Of a stretch of DNA of 64,000 bases, positions 25,007-39,459 are shown piece after piece. Numbering within the stretch: the stretch's first letter is position 1; the number at the start of each line of letters is the position of its first letter. The stretch lies in contig NC_068998.1 of NCBI RefSeq assembly GCF_001194135.2, forward strand, positions 27,874,342 to 27,938,341. Direction: 5' to 3'. Source of the DNA: Octopus bimaculoides (taxonomy: Eukaryota). Under the pieces are notes generated by a model. It saw only the letters and a program-made list of their open reading frames with translations. It was not told where the DNA came from and ran no database searches. A program made the translations under genes and the position numbers.

Positions 25007-25417
25007 ATATTGTTAGGTTTGGGGATGGTCATCCTTTGCCAATTAAACACACGCACTATTTATTTGATCTTCAATTTAATTTAATTAGTATTATTATTTT
25101 TTGTCAGTTTATTTGTTCGTCAAATTCTTTTTTCTGTCCCATGCTCTTGTCCTGTCTATTTCATTTTGTCGAAGGACAAAATGGAAAGGGAGAACAAGAG
25201 GAGACACATGGGACAGAGAGTCGTTGAAGAGGTCGCAGAAAGTGTGACGAAACAACTTTGACAGACAAATAATCTAACGATAACACTAATAAAACTAAAG
25301 TGAAGATCAAATAAATAGTGCACGTGTTTAACTGGCAAAAGATGATCAACCCCAAGTATAATATCTGTTTCAACACACGTTTGCACATCAAATATCTTGC
25401 AAAACAAATACATAAAC
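25007..25417. mobile_element. Foldback (MITE-like) element, copy 1
   Basis: 25007-25100 and 25270-25364 are inverted repeats (ttgggg...actatttatttgatcttca / tgaagatcaaataaatagt...ccccaa); second copy at 41446. Confidence 0.75.
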
Positions 25418-25723
25418 ATAATTTTTCTACAAACTTTTCAATTTGTAAATTCGGAAAGAGAAACATCATCAGATCCTATTGCGGGGAAAATGAATAAATC
25501 CACCGTGCATTGTCTCTGTTTATGTCTGTCAAACGTCAGCGAGTCCATTCATGCATTTATTAACATTCTAATTGGAAAGATTGAAGTCATGAGAATGGCA
25601 TTGCAGTGAGGTGCGCCAGAAAACGCACTACGTATTTGTATTGGGAATTCGTTTATTTTATTCATAGTATAAATAAAACATAGATTAAATATGAATCTAG
25701 AGCTGAATATTAAATGTTATTAC

Positions 25724-25804
25724 AAAAAGTAAATGAACAAGAAATGGTTATTTTTGTCTCCCCTCACAAAGATAAAACGGATTGGCAAATCAATGTGTGT
25801 GTGC

Positions 25805-25842
<38 letters not shown>

Positions 25843-25958
25843 GTGCGTGTGTGCGTAATTGCGTGCGCGACCTTACGGAATTGAAAAAAGTAAATGAACA
25901 AGAAATAGTTTTTTTCTCTCCCTTCACAAAGATAAAACGGATTGGCAAATCAATATGT

Positions 25959-26037
<79 letters not shown>

Positions 26038-26094
26038 TGTGTGTTTGTGTGTGTGTGTGCGCGCGCGCGCGCGCGACCTTATAGAATTGAAAAG
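25724..26094. repeat. Tandem duplication of a unit containing a (GT)n tract
   Basis: aaaaagtaaatgaacaagaaat...cacaaagataaaacggattggcaaatcaat-(GT)n-gcgcgacctta..gaattgaaaa occurs at 25724 and ~25885. Confidence 0.9.
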
Positions 26095-26835
26095 ATGCAA
26101 CACTTCATCCACCACATGCAGTTCTCTGGCTACAACCAAAAGGGACAGGAATAGAGTGTACAAAGGAGCCACCGCTAAGTACAAGGCCATCATAGAGAGT
26201 GATGCAAAGGGGATCTGCCCGCTATACAGGAGTAAATCATGGAACAGCGCAAGAAAGACCAGAAAAAAGATAGTTATGGCCAACTCATGGTATGACAGCA
26301 AAAAATATCAGTGTCATGTTTGTTGATGCTATCCCTGGCAGTGAACTAGCATACTTTTTTTTAGAAAAACATTAGATAAGGCCAATCTACAGATTAAAGA
26401 AGTAGAAAGGTCTGGTGCTCCTATAAAATCCCTGATCTGTAGAACTTCGATAGGTCCCCATGTACGGAGAACAATTGTATTGTTTGTAGGATGAACCCAC
26501 AGGTTAACTGTAAGGATAGGAATATGAGTGTATACCTTACGATGTACTGAGGGACGGTGCAGAAGCATGACAACTACTTACATTACAGAAACTGCACACA
26601 GCATAGGACAACGTTTAGGTGAACACTGGCCAGAGCACAAAGAAGAGAAAGGCTCGTCAGTGCTCTACCAACATACTCAAGCAGAACATAGAGACTCAGT
26701 CTATAGCATAGAGGCCAAAGTACTATCAACGCATAGAACTGACACGACACTTAGACAAATCACAGAGACTATACACATAGCAATAGACAGACCGAGCCTC
26801 AACAGAAAACACGAATGGAACAATAACACCCATCA
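26095..26835 (+). mobile_element. Penelope-like element C-terminus with GIY-YIG endonuclease
   Basis: VYTLRCTEGRC...TTYITETAHSIGQRLGEH...SVLYQHTQAEH...LRQITETIHIAIDRPSLNRKHEW (ORF 26528-26860). Confidence 0.8.
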
Positions 26836-26879
26836 TCACACCACACAACATGACGACTAAAGACTAAAGAGTGAAAGGA

Positions 26880-28800
26880 GAAAATGATAAGAGCTCATCC
26901 AAAAAAGAGAGTGCCTACAAGAAATGCAGAGGCGAGGTCCAATGTGTTCTGAGACAGATGAAGGAGGCTTGGTGGTCTTCGAAGCCTACTGAACGCCAAA
27001 AACTGCAGACAGAAAGGATTCTAAAACCTTTTATGATGGCCTCAAGAAAGTGTATGGTCCTCAAGAGCACGGTGTTACTCTGATTTTTTCATCGAATAGA
27101 GAGACACTGTTGACTGACAAATCTGACATCCTGAAACGATGGAAAGATCACTTCGAAGCCGTGTTGAACTCCACCTCAGTCACTAATGATGATGTCAAAA
27201 TATCTATTCCACAGCACGCTGAAATACCAGAACTGTCTCTGGAGCCAACCTTCCTGGAAGAAGTAAACTCTATTAAACAGATCTATTATGGTAAAGCGCC
27301 TGGTAGGGATGCTGGCCCTCCTGAAATCTACAAGTATGGTGGGCAGAAGTTTTTTAAGAAGCTGCATAACCTCTTCATAAACATTTAGATGGTACCACAG
27401 GACTTCAAGGATGCCTCAATTCAACATCTTTATAAGAACAAAGGAAACAGAAGTGTCTGTGATAATCATTGTGAAATATCGCTTCTGTCTATTGCTGATG
27501 AGATTCTTGCTCGACTCGTTCTTCACAGGATCATCAAACACGTTGTAAATGGTATCTACCCAGAATCACAGTGTGGATTTTGCTCTGGTCGTGGCACTAT
27601 CGACATGATCTTTTCCCTCCGACAGGTCATGGAGAAGGTACGTGAGAAAAATCATGAGTTGTTCTTGATATTTGTTGACTTTGCTAAGGCCTTTCACAGT
27701 GTTAACTGGCAAACACTATGGAGAGGTCTGAAAAAGCTCGGTGTACCTGACAGGATGTTGAATATTATCATCTCCTTTCATGAGGGAATGAAGGCTGGTG
27801 TCGTGTCCGGTGGGGAATCTTCGGCTTCCTTCGATATTACAAACAGCACTAAGCAAGGTTGTGTTATGGTCTGTTTGCACTCTTCTTTTCAGTAATGCTG
27901 AAGTATGCTTTTGGTGACATACAAAGTGGTGTCAAATTCCAGTTTCGAACAAGTGGTGGACTATTCAATCATCAGCGTTTCAAAGCCAGAACTCTGTTAC
28001 GCACCAGTATCATTCGTGATCTACTTTTTGCAGACGACGCTGCACTAGTAGCGACCTCTTTAGAGAAAACTCAGGAACTTTTAGACCGGTTTTCTGTTGC
28101 ATGTAAACCTTTGGTTTGACCATCAGCATAAAGAAGACGGAAGTAATCCACCAAACTTGCCCTACTCCTAAGCAAATTTGAGGTATCCAGCAGAGGCAAC
28201 CGGTTCACAATTTTCCTGATACTCCTACACAGATTGATGGGAAAAGCCAAAATTATGTGAAATCATTTACATATTTTGGTAGTAAAGTGAATTCGAGCGC
28301 TTCCCTTGATGAAATCGCCAACCGTCGTGCAAAGGCAGCCAACGCATTTGGCAAAATCTGTCATCGCCTTTGGAATGAAATGAATCAAACTTGAATCGTG
28401 GATATCCTATAGATGACATATTAACCAACTAGACATCTTCTACAAAGACTTTCTGAAGACAATCTGCGGTTATTCTCCAAAAGACAGAGTTTTTAATGCC
28501 GACTTGTTTTATAAGTGTAAGATTGGTGGAATCGAGAGCTTCCTTATGCAATCACAATTGCTCTGGGCTGGCCATGTCGTCAGAATGAGTGACGAAAGAA
28601 TACTCAAAGTCCTCATGTACAGCCAGCTTGAGAGTGGGCACAGGAAGATTGGTCGACCATGGCTCAGATATAAGGACAAGCTGAAGACTAACCACTTAGA
28701 AATGAAGATAGCTCACAACACCTTTGAGCGAACAGCCTTGGAACGAACAAAATGGAGATCGTTGTGTCAAAATGGTATTAGAAGCTTCGTTACAACCAAC
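26880..28800 (+). mobile_element. RTE (BovB-like) LINE, 5'-truncated RT region
   Basis: KAPGRDAGPPEIYKYGG; PQDFKDASIQHLYKNKGNR; PESQCGFCSGRGTIDMIFSLRQ; FVDFAKAF; TKQGCVM; DLLFADDAAL; QLLWAGHVVRMSDERI. Frameshifted. Confidence 0.95.
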
Positions 28801-28839
28801 ATTAACAGGCTTTACGAATACTCTGAGACCTTTGGAAGC

Positions 28840-30140
28840 ACGATACTATGTGTCCCATCTCCAAGAAATGCAACCTCTCTAATCCTACTAACACTCGCCC
28901 TATTACTCTCACTTCTGATATATTCAAGACACTGGAGACCGCCACTTATAACGATGTCCTCCAACAATTTCGTTTTTTCTTTCTTTTTAATGTCAACAAG
29001 TATGATTTTTGAGATGCTAGATTTACTGGTGATCTGTTTTCTCTGTCACCCACTAGAGGTCTGTTGTTTTAGAGGAATTTAATGAAACCAGTGTTATTGT
29101 CTTCGACATGAGTAAAATTTTCGACCAAGTCTGGCACGCTGATCTCCCGCCTGCCAACTGCCAACTAATGGACTCCAACTGTTTCTCATCTTTTGAATCG
29201 ATAACTTCTTATCTGAAGGTATCATTACCATGTGTGTGAACGGAGTTCTTTTTGTCCCTCATTCTAAAAATCTGGCGTACCCAGGCTTCGGTTTTATTCG
29301 CTGCTCCCTTCCGCAAATACATCAATGACTTATTTTCCCCCACATCCAACGACATTACTTTTACGCAAATGACACAACCCTTCATTTCTTCATAACATTT
29401 TCCAATCATAAATCTCCACTCGCAACCGAGACACCACATATCAAAACATACTGACTCTAAGAACAGAAACCTCAGAAGCATCCTCTAATGGTGATATGCT
29501 GATCTTGTTTCCTTCCCAGTAGTCAAGGAAGCGTATGACACTCATATCAGGAAAACATCATCGCACCTCACCCCCTTAATCATAAGCAGCACTCAGTTAG
29601 GGGCCTCTAAATTGCTCCAATTTTGGGGGTCTCGCTGTTACCGAGGATTTCTCCTGGCGGTAAGACATCTTTAACGTAGCTATTGCCGCATATTAACAAC
29701 TGGTCTTTCGCTTGAAGGATAGAAGATACTTCATCCCACAGCAGTTATTGATACTCTACAGATTTCAACTGAAGCCCATAGCGGAGTATTACGCACACAT
29801 CAGGGACGTTGCAGTTTCTGCACCTACAGACATCATCTGGCCTAAAATCGTGCGATCTCATTTCTCTGCCATTTCAACTACAACTACAAAGCTCTACTCC
29901 TTCGGTCTGGTAGGCTCGAACCACTTACAATCAGGCATTTATTTTCTTCACGTCTCTTTCCCTCCCATCGCCTTTGTAGTATCTACTATCCCTATTTATG
30001 GCCCTTCTCTAATCACCACGCCCAGTCCTTCCCTCCTCAGAGCGTCGGCCTTCTAGAATTCCCTTTCTGCTCATATCTTTCCCGCACATGTTGAGTGAGA
30101 AAGATTTAAGAGAAACATTAATGACTGCAATCTCACCGGT
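28840..30140 (+). mobile_element. L2/Crack-type (CR1 group) LINE RT fragment, decayed
   Basis: PISKKCNLSNPTNTRPITLTS, VFDMSKIFDQVWHADL (29099-29146), KYINDL, KPIAEYYAHI. Confidence 0.75.
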
Positions 30141-30573
30141 TTAGGAGGACCTACAAAAACCCAAGAGCATGATTTTGTCATATTTCGGCGAGAGAGAGAT
30201 CCACATCCGTACAGCAGCTGAATCATTCAACACCTAAAACTGGCCATGAAGAGATTATATCAGACCCAGTTGAATAATAAAATATCTCCATTATTTTGCT
30301 TTTGAACTCTAGTTGCAGATTGTCATACTTATCACTTTATCAATATAAATTACTTGAAATGCTCAGAAGGACTGTTTACATAAAATGTAAAAGTCTATGA
30401 TCTTTCACATTCATCCAGTCTAGTTTCTTGAGTAATTTAAACAGTATTGTGAACTGTATTGTAATGCATGTCCACACAACAATATACCATTCATCAACAC
30501 TAAGCAATCAAACAATGCTTTCGTATTTTGTATTTATTTAGCGTATACACATACCACATGCCCGTGCACGCAA

Positions 30574-30574
<1 letters not shown>

Positions 30575-30661
<87 letters not shown>

Positions 30662-30662
30662 G
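30575..30662. repeat. (CA)n microsatellite
   Basis: Direct reading. Confidence 0.95.
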
Positions 30663-31689
30663 CACTCACACATACACATACACACGTATATATATACTCA
30701 TACGCGTGTACCCATGTATGTATGTAAGTATGTATGTAGGTGCATCACCTAAACTAGAATATATAAAATTACAAAGGCTGTTTACTCTTCTGATCTACCT
30801 GGACTCCGGGTGTCAAGGGTGGAGAGTGCTTAGTAAAGTAGACAGAGCAGTGTGAAGCGATTATGAGCAAACCTTTGATGGATTACTTACATGACAGTTC
30901 TTCCTGAACTTTGGGAACCGGATATATCACGTGTTTGTTGAAGTCAAAGACAAGATCTCCTAACCTTTCCACAGCTAAGACTGTTGTGCATGATTTCTAA
31001 AATCACATCCTTCACAAGGCAGCCCTGTTTCTAACAGAATACAGCAAATCTATGGGATCTAAGGGAGTAAATATCGATTACAAATCCTGCTTTTCTATGG
31101 GTAGTAGTATCTCTAGAGTTATATGTCAACAGATCGGCATCATGGCAAAGAGTAGCGTGGTGTCGAGTCTGAACTCAATTGTCAGATGTAGAACACACCC
31201 GCTCAAGTATGCTGAACGCATACTTGAGAGAGAAAACTAAAAAAAAAAACAAGAAAAAACTAAAAATGTGGTAAATGCCAGCTGTCCCATATATTTGTGC
31301 CATTGTTAATCATCGCAACATTCAAAATGAATGATTATCATACAAAACGTTATTTGTTCTGCTTGAAAATTCAAGTAGTGATGGTGGAGTGGTTACACAC
31401 ACAGGCTTAACAGACTGAAAGTGTGTAGCTGCAAACCTGCACATTGGCGGTCCAGTGTTGTATCATAATGCCGTTTTGAAGGTAAAGGGAGGTAGCGTCA
31501 GCAGCTCGGCGGCATAGTCGACGACTAAGCAGGCAATTAAGAACAGAACTGCTTACACACAATGTGAGAGGTGGGAGAACTAGAAAATGTGTTCTAAACA
31601 AATGCTATCTTACTTCACACTGATCAGCATGCCGCGGCCGATGGCTGTTCGTTCTTAATGGGAAAAAGACGAAGAGAAGAAAAGCAGTG

Positions 31690-32800
31690 TCAGCTTTAAA
31701 AAAATGCAAATACATTGCCAGCATGTTGGAATATTTACACCTTACTTGAGTTAGGAAGTGAAAATAGCCCGGAAATAAGGATTCCTCTTTTAACAGAGGA
31801 GTTAAGAAGATACGACATTGATATTACTGCATTTTCAGAAGCACATCTTGCTAACGAAGGACAAATTACCAAAGTCAGTACAACTTTTGGGAAGGGAAAG
31901 CAGAGAAAGAACGGAATGCGTAGTGTAGGATATGCTCGAAAAACTGTCTTTTGGCACATCAGATAGAATAACAAGCCTTCGACTACCATTGACGAAAAAA
32001 GATACGTCACTATGGTCAGTGTATATTCTTCCTCAATGACACAATCGGAAGATGGTATTTTACTGTTCTATGCTGATCTGAAGAAGTTGTAATCTGGTTC
32101 TCACAAGGGTGACAAGATATTTCTAATGGGAACATTAGAAGTAAGAGCTGAACATGATATTTGGCACTGCCTAGAAAATCACGGTCTTGGTGAAGCCAAC
32201 ATCAATGGATTACAGTTGCAATGAATGCAACTTGGCTATCAGCAATTCTTTCTATCGTCAAAAAAGCAAGAACAAAGGGGGCATGGATGCACCCACATTC
32301 AAAGCACTGGCTTACGATTGACTTAATCATCACTAGAAAGCATAATCCACAAAGTAGGTAAACAGTGAAAGTCATGAGAGATGCTGGGTGCTGGGGTGAT
32401 CATCGATTTATCAGAATCAGCTGTAGGCTGAAGATATGCTCTAAGTTTCAGCGCATGCAAAAAGCTTGATGCGAGCAAACTCTAGTCAAGAGAATCTCAA
32501 AATTCTTGATATCAGTCATTGACAGTCTGGAACTTTTAAACCAAGTGAATTTTCGGGAGGTGTTACATTTGAGTGTCATTCTGAATGAATAGCCAATTTG
32601 AGTGACCACATGTCTAGAAAGGCTACAAACAGTAGCCTTTCGGTGATCACTATTCTGGGTAAGTAGAGATGTATTGTGCATGCACTTTCCTTTGATGTCG
32701 AATGACAAGCGAGGCCCAGAACTCATTCGTCCCTCTACAAGAGAGCACGTGAAAGATCTCGAATTGGTAAAGTTGTTGAAGCATTGCAGAACTTGTTCTG
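31690..32800 (+). mobile_element. RTE LINE 5' region with APE endonuclease, decayed
   Basis: CWNIYTLL...IPLLTEELRRYDIDITAFSEAHLANEGQI; WMHPHSKHW..ID (~32282); W.DHRFIRI (~32390-32420). Confidence 0.9.
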
Positions 32801-32847
32801 GCGCTCTAAAATCGATATAAAAACTGACAGCCAAGCACCAAGTCCGA

Positions 32848-32907
<60 letters not shown>

Positions 32908-34153
32908 NNNNNNNNNNNNNNNNNNNNNNNNNNNNNNNNNNNNNNNNNNNNNNNNNNNNNNNNNNNNNNNNNNNNNNNNNNNNNNNNNNNNNNNNNNNNN
33001 NNNNNNNNNNNNNNNNNNNNNNNNNNNNNNNNNNNNNNNNNNNNNNNNNNCTCCCCCTCTCCCTCTCTCTCCCTCTCTCTCTCCCCCTCTCTCCCCCTCT
33101 CTCTCTCTCCCTCTCTCTCTTCGTCTTTCTCTTAATCAGTTGCGTTGCGCTTTGAAAAAGGCTGTGGGTAGGAGTCGCTCACAGTATTGCTTTCTGCAGA
33201 GACAGGGAAGAGTAGAGAGGGGACTAGCAACCTAATATGTCCCTTGAACCGACCAGGAACGGTTCGACGCAACAACAGTTTACATATGTTGATCAAACTT
33301 TCACCTTTATTCCTCATATTTTAGTCCTTCGTTTGTCATGGCTTCGTTTTTTAGCTTACTTCGCACATTGGCTGTTTCAGTCTTTTTCATTTATTTATAG
33401 AAGTTGACAAATGCATTCAACTTTATTCATTATATAAAATCAAGTTTATGAGATTAAAAATTTGGTAAGGAATTATCTGTTGTTTTATTAGTTGATCTTT
33501 TGATAGTAATATGTTTTATAGCTGCCAATGTCCATTTACATTTTTCAAAAGCTAGTGAAATCTATTTAAAATGTTATGACTGTTTTATTCGTATTCCTAG
33601 AGATCTCTCAGTGCTATTCATTTTGCTACCAAAAGATACAGGAGATATGAGAAATATATGGAAGTATGAGTCCATGTGACCTGACCCAAAAACTATTAAT
33701 GTTCACTTTTTTATTTGAATACTGTTTTTGATCATTATTATTGTTATTATCATTATCAAGTGTTTTTCTTCTTTCAATTTTCTTTCCATTTCTTGCTGTG
33801 TATCTTCCCGACATCTAGGGCAAACAAACTCATGGTATACGCTGACAGGTCAGATTGCTCGTTAACACTCAAGATATGCGAAAAAAAAAAACAAAGAAAA
33901 ACGGGAAACAGAAAAAAATTAACACGGATTGTAATCGTTCACACAGCGAAAATGTTCTCAATATGTATGATGTACCAATTAAAACAATCTTTTGTGCTTC
34001 TTGCAAGGATGGTAAGCCAGGGTTCATTCTCAAATAAATTTTACTTCTATTTTCTTTTTTACCATTCCAAGTGCTCCTACAATCACTTCCATTGTAACCG
34101 CTCTGAGATACCATATTTTTTCGATATCAATGAGCAAATCTTTATATTTTCTG

Positions 34154-34186
<33 letters not shown>

Positions 34187-34194
34187 TATTGTCT

Positions 34195-36895
34195 TTGCAC
34201 AGCTTCTAACGCTGGAGATATACTACGGTGTCAGCTGCTCGCTACCAGTGAACTAAGGTAACACCCCTTATTTTTAAAGCACCATCCAGAGTATTCGAGC
34301 GGTTCCAAACAGTGCTGTTTTCTGCAAGTGTTCCACCCTTATTGCAGTCCCTATTTGTTCCATATACTTCTCAAGATTGTTACTCACTGTTTCCAGGGCT
34401 CCAACAATTATTGGTACTACTACCACCTTTTTCAGCTACCACAACTGCTTAACCTCCCAAACCTACCTGTTATATCTATCGACTTTTCTTTCTTCTTTAT
34501 CGCATACCTTGTTGTCACCTGGGCATGCTATTTCTATGATCCAGCATCGTTTGCTTTCTTTCTCAAGTAACACTATGACTGGTTTCCTATTCTCTCTCTC
34601 ATGGTCGCACTGAATCATAAAATCCCATAGGATCTTTGCATCATCATTTTCGATGATGCCTTCGGGTTTATGTTCGAACCACATTTTTGCTCTGTTCAAG
34701 TCCATACATGTTGTAAAGTGTCTAATGGACAATCCTTGCTATATTGTCATAATGTCTCTTATATTCTTTCTGGGCTAGCGGCATACATTGACTGGTAATA
34801 TACCATAAGGTTTCACCATTTTCTTTACAAATTCTCCACTTATCACTTTCTGATGCGTTGTCTATTTTGTATTTGATCTAATTGGTTCTCAATGCTTGCT
34901 CTTGGGCAGCACATATTAGAGCCGCCGTTTCTGGTTTTAAATCACTTTTAGTCATCTATAGCCATCTTTTCTCTCTGTCTGCCTTATCTTCAGCATCCCT
35001 ATGAAATTGTCCATGCATTCTTTTCTTTAACCACCTATTTTCAGGTTCATGCATTCTCAAGTGCTTGTACAGTGCTTTATCGTTGCAATCTTCCATCTTA
35101 CACAAGCCTGACCTTCTTACTTCCAATAACAGTGGTTCTGCTCTAATGTTGTGTTCGCTTCCAGTCAGTCCTCTTCCCCCTCTTTTTCTTGGTAATACAG
35201 TCTGTCTGTGTCGCTTTTTGGGTGGAGTATCCCATATCTAATCAGTAACTTCCTTGTCTTTCTGTCTAAGCTGTTTAATTCGTCTACTGTCCATGCGATC
35301 ATCCCTGCTCCATATCTAAGGAATGAAACTGACCAGGTGTTGATAGCTTCAATCTTATTCCGTCCGTTTAATTTCGACTTAAGGATCAATCTCAGTCTAC
35401 GCAAGTACTCCACTTTAAATTTTTCTGTCATTTCTTTATCCATCAATTTATCCATTTCCAATGTCCCCAAGTTCTTATAGCCTGTCTCTTCTATCTGCTT
35501 CATACCCCACCCCGACGGTATCGCTAGTCCGGCCATACATTTGATTTTTCCTCTCTTCAAGACTAAAACATCACACTTTTTCAGTCCGGATTCCATTCTG
35601 ATAACAGTACTGATAGTATACACCGTATCAACGAGGGAACTGACTTAGGATTCATCTTTACCATAAAGTTTGAGGTTATCCATGAATAACAAGTGGTTGA
35701 CTTTTTGCTGGCAGCTCTTGAATGCGCACCCAGCCTTTGCTTTCCTCAGAATCAGTGTTAGTGGTATCATGCACAGTACAAAGATCAGTGGGGACAGGTA
35801 GTCCCCTTGGAAGATGTCTCTCCTGATTTCTACTGCCTCTAAACTTCTTCCGTATGCTGTCAGGTCCGTCCTCCAATTCCCCATACTTTTTCCAAGCAAT
35901 CGCTCAACATTCGATGCAATCCTAAACAGGTTCATACATTCCATAATCCAAGAATGTGGGATCATATCGCACGCCTTAGGATAGTCGATCTATGACATGG
36001 GTAAGTTACTTTTCCTCCTCTTGCAGTCTCTAAGTACAGTTTTGTCAATCAGGAGTTGATCCTTGGTACCTCTGCACTTACGTTTGCAACCCTTCTGCTC
36101 ATGTAGCAGGAATCCATTTTCCCCCAGATGTTCGTACATTGACTCTGCGACTATTCCAGTCAATAATTTTCACATAAGTGGCAAATAGGATATCGGCCTA
36201 TAATTGTCTACCGTATTGTCTTTTCCTATTTTTTCAAGCACAGCACTATCCTACCCAATGTCAACCAAGCTGGTGTTACTTGGTCGGCATTTAACAAGGT
36301 GTTGAGTTGCGCAGCTATTCGTGTATGACATTCACGAAATCTTTTGATCCAGTAGCGTTGAACTCCATCTGATCCCGGGGCCTTCCATTTGCTCATTTTT
36401 TTACTGATTTCCTTCACTTCCCTAACTGGAATGACTAGTTCTGCCTGTTTTGGACAGACTACTGTTTGTTTCAGTTCTTGCAACCATTCAGCATCCTTCT
36501 TGTGCTCTTTGTCTTTGCTCCAGATGTCACTGAAAAACCTTTGACTTTCATTGTTATCTGGTATCAACTTTTCATCTGTACACACTCCATTTATTTCCTT
36601 ATAGAATCTCTTCTGATCTACTCTGAATAACCTATTCTGGTGGTAACCCTTCATTCTTTGGTCGTATCTTACCATCTTTGCTTTCTTTGGAACGAGGCAC
36701 TGTTTCAGTTCCTCCATTACCATTCTCAGGCCCTTTCTTTCCATATTACACTTCCTATTCAGTGCCTTGTATTTTTGTTCGCTTTTAAGCTCCCTCTTTT
36801 CTTTTCGGTCTAACAGAAATGTCCTTCGAGAGCATATTTAACCCCGCCTGTATTCTTCTTTTCCACCATGGATCTTTTCGTTTCTTTTTCTTGAC
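34195..36895 (-). mobile_element. R4/Dong-type non-LTR retrotransposon (RT, zinc knuckle, RLE, 3' UTR), 5'-truncated, ending in (TAA)n
   Basis: LFRVDQKRFYKEI; WKAPGSDGVQRYWIK; IFQGDYLSPLIFVL; NHLLFMDNLKLY; NKIEAINTW...LDRKTRKLL...HPKSDTDRLY; KILWDFMIQCDH...KPVIV...IIEIACP; PIIVGALETV. 3' UTR followed by minus-strand (TAA)n at 34152-34187. Confidence 0.92.
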
Positions 36896-36899
36896 TTCG

Positions 36900-37130
<231 letters not shown>

Positions 37131-37179
37131 TCGAAAAAAAAAACATTAAGAATAAGAACCCAGGTTCAAAATTTCCCCA

Positions 37180-37220
37180 AGACACCTGAAGAAGGCTGGA
37201 GGGTATATCAGCCGAAAGAT
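37180..37220 (+). ncRNA. Truncated hammerhead relic
   Basis: CTGAAGA(37186-92)-A-GGCTG-10-nt loop-CAGCC-GAAA(37214-17); stem III and the cleavage site are missing. Confidence 0.45.
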
Positions 37221-37629
37221 GAGGACAAATATCCGTTGAATGTAAATAATGCAGCGTATGACCTTGCTGGTGGAGCCCAGTTAAAATTTTATCACGTAGA
37301 GTAGCCCATCCTGTTCAAAAGGTCCCTGAATAAGGCTTGTTTAAGGATGTTGAACGAAACACTCATGTTTCCAAAGGGGAATTATCCAAACTCCAAAGAA
37401 TTCCTTTCGACACATGGTTATGATGCTCCCCACTACTTCTGCTCGTGATCAGAGATCGTCAGCAACTAACGAACATGCTCAACTGGTTAAGGTCTGATAA
37501 CCAAATCTGTGGTATTGAGCAGAATATTTGCTGTGGCCCATCTTCGATACCAAGACAAAACAATGTACATGATAACACTTCCAATCAGTTAAGATCAGAA
37601 ACCATGAGAACCAGTGCCTGGTACTACAT

Positions 37630-38084
<455 letters not shown>

Positions 38085-38507
38085 TGCATGTATTTGTTAG
38101 CGTGTTGTCAGTAGTTTTTCGTAATTAATGTATACATGATTGTATATGTATTATTATGCAGCAGGCCTATATTCTATGTGATTACTGTAATTTAATTGAA
38201 TAGTATTAATTGCCGTCACTTCCTATAATGTTTTATTTCATAATTCGTAACAAAACCTTTTATTTTTTCATATTTTATGAAATAAAATTAAACTTTATTG
38301 TCTCACAGCCAACTCCCCTTTTTATGAGCTTTGTCTTGTTAACCCCTGCAGTCTGTTCCCATTGCATTCATCGGGATGACCTTTATTGTAAAGACGCCCT
38401 GTCATTTTTAAATGCCCTGTCTGCTTTGGTGTTGTGGTACTAAAGCAGACAGAACGTCCACAATATTAAATATTCTGGTTCACTCTACATTTCTCTCTTC
38501 AAAATTT

Positions 38508-38636
38508 AATCAGATTGCCTTATCAAAACTGTTTCAAAATAGCAAAGAAAAGTAATTTTGAAAAGGTGGAGGCGTGGCCGTGTGGTAAGAAGTTTGCTTT
38601 CCAACTAAATGGTTCCGGGATTCAGTCCTACTGCGG
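38508..38636 (+). mobile_element. SINE family A head, truncated
   Basis: ggcgtggccgtgtggtaagaagtttgctttccaac...ttcagtcctactgcg. Confidence 0.8.
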
Positions 38637-39459
38637 ACAAGAAACCGCCTAATTAAGTTAAAATCGTGCAACAATTTAAAATAAAACTTAAAAAAATGAA
38701 ATTTTACAAGAAAGAATTATTTTTATTAGCATAAGTAAACTGAAAGGCATAAGTAAATTCATTGATATATAATTATACGTATCGATTAAACCGAAATTTT
38801 GATATATATATTTCTGCTAGCTTTTGGTAGAGCTGTTATATTGGGTTACTTCATCGGAGCCATTTTTATCACTCCCTATGGCTTGTCCTACTCTTCGATA
38901 TTGAAAATTATTTGACTCAATGTGCGTCCAGTCATTTGAACACAAATAAAAAGCCTAGCATGCCCGTATAGATTTTCTGTAAGACAAATATTGGGTCTTT
39001 TACCAATATTAGTTATTGTGATCGATACCTACCACTAATATTGATTATTTGCATCTTTTTTCCAATTCATGAAACAGGCATCTTTAAAAATAGAATTATT
39101 TATTACCATCTAATTGCAAGTGTATCTACTTACAGTTTTAATTCTTTGCACCTGTTATACAGTAATTTTAACTTTACCATTATCACTGTACGTAAATATA
39201 CAGTATGCTAGCTGTTTCTCAATAATATTTCGATATATATATTTTTATGTGTTGTTTAAATTTGTTGTTAACTATTATGTACATTTTCATCTGAGGTTAA
39301 TTGAATTGAATCATTTTCTTTCGCTGTTGCGCTGTTGGATCTCTTTGAAGTTGATCGTGAAATTCTTTTGTCATTGCTTTGTTGAGCTCACTAATCCAAG
39401 TTTGAGAAGACTCTTTAATTCTATCAATAAGCCTCTGTCACCTCAATCTATGTGCCGAA

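Noticed and set aside
26880-32800. One rearranged RTE element (RT at 26.9-28.8 kb, endonuclease at 31.7-32.8 kb)
   Set aside because: Domain order is reversed and other elements intervene; more simply two separate copies.
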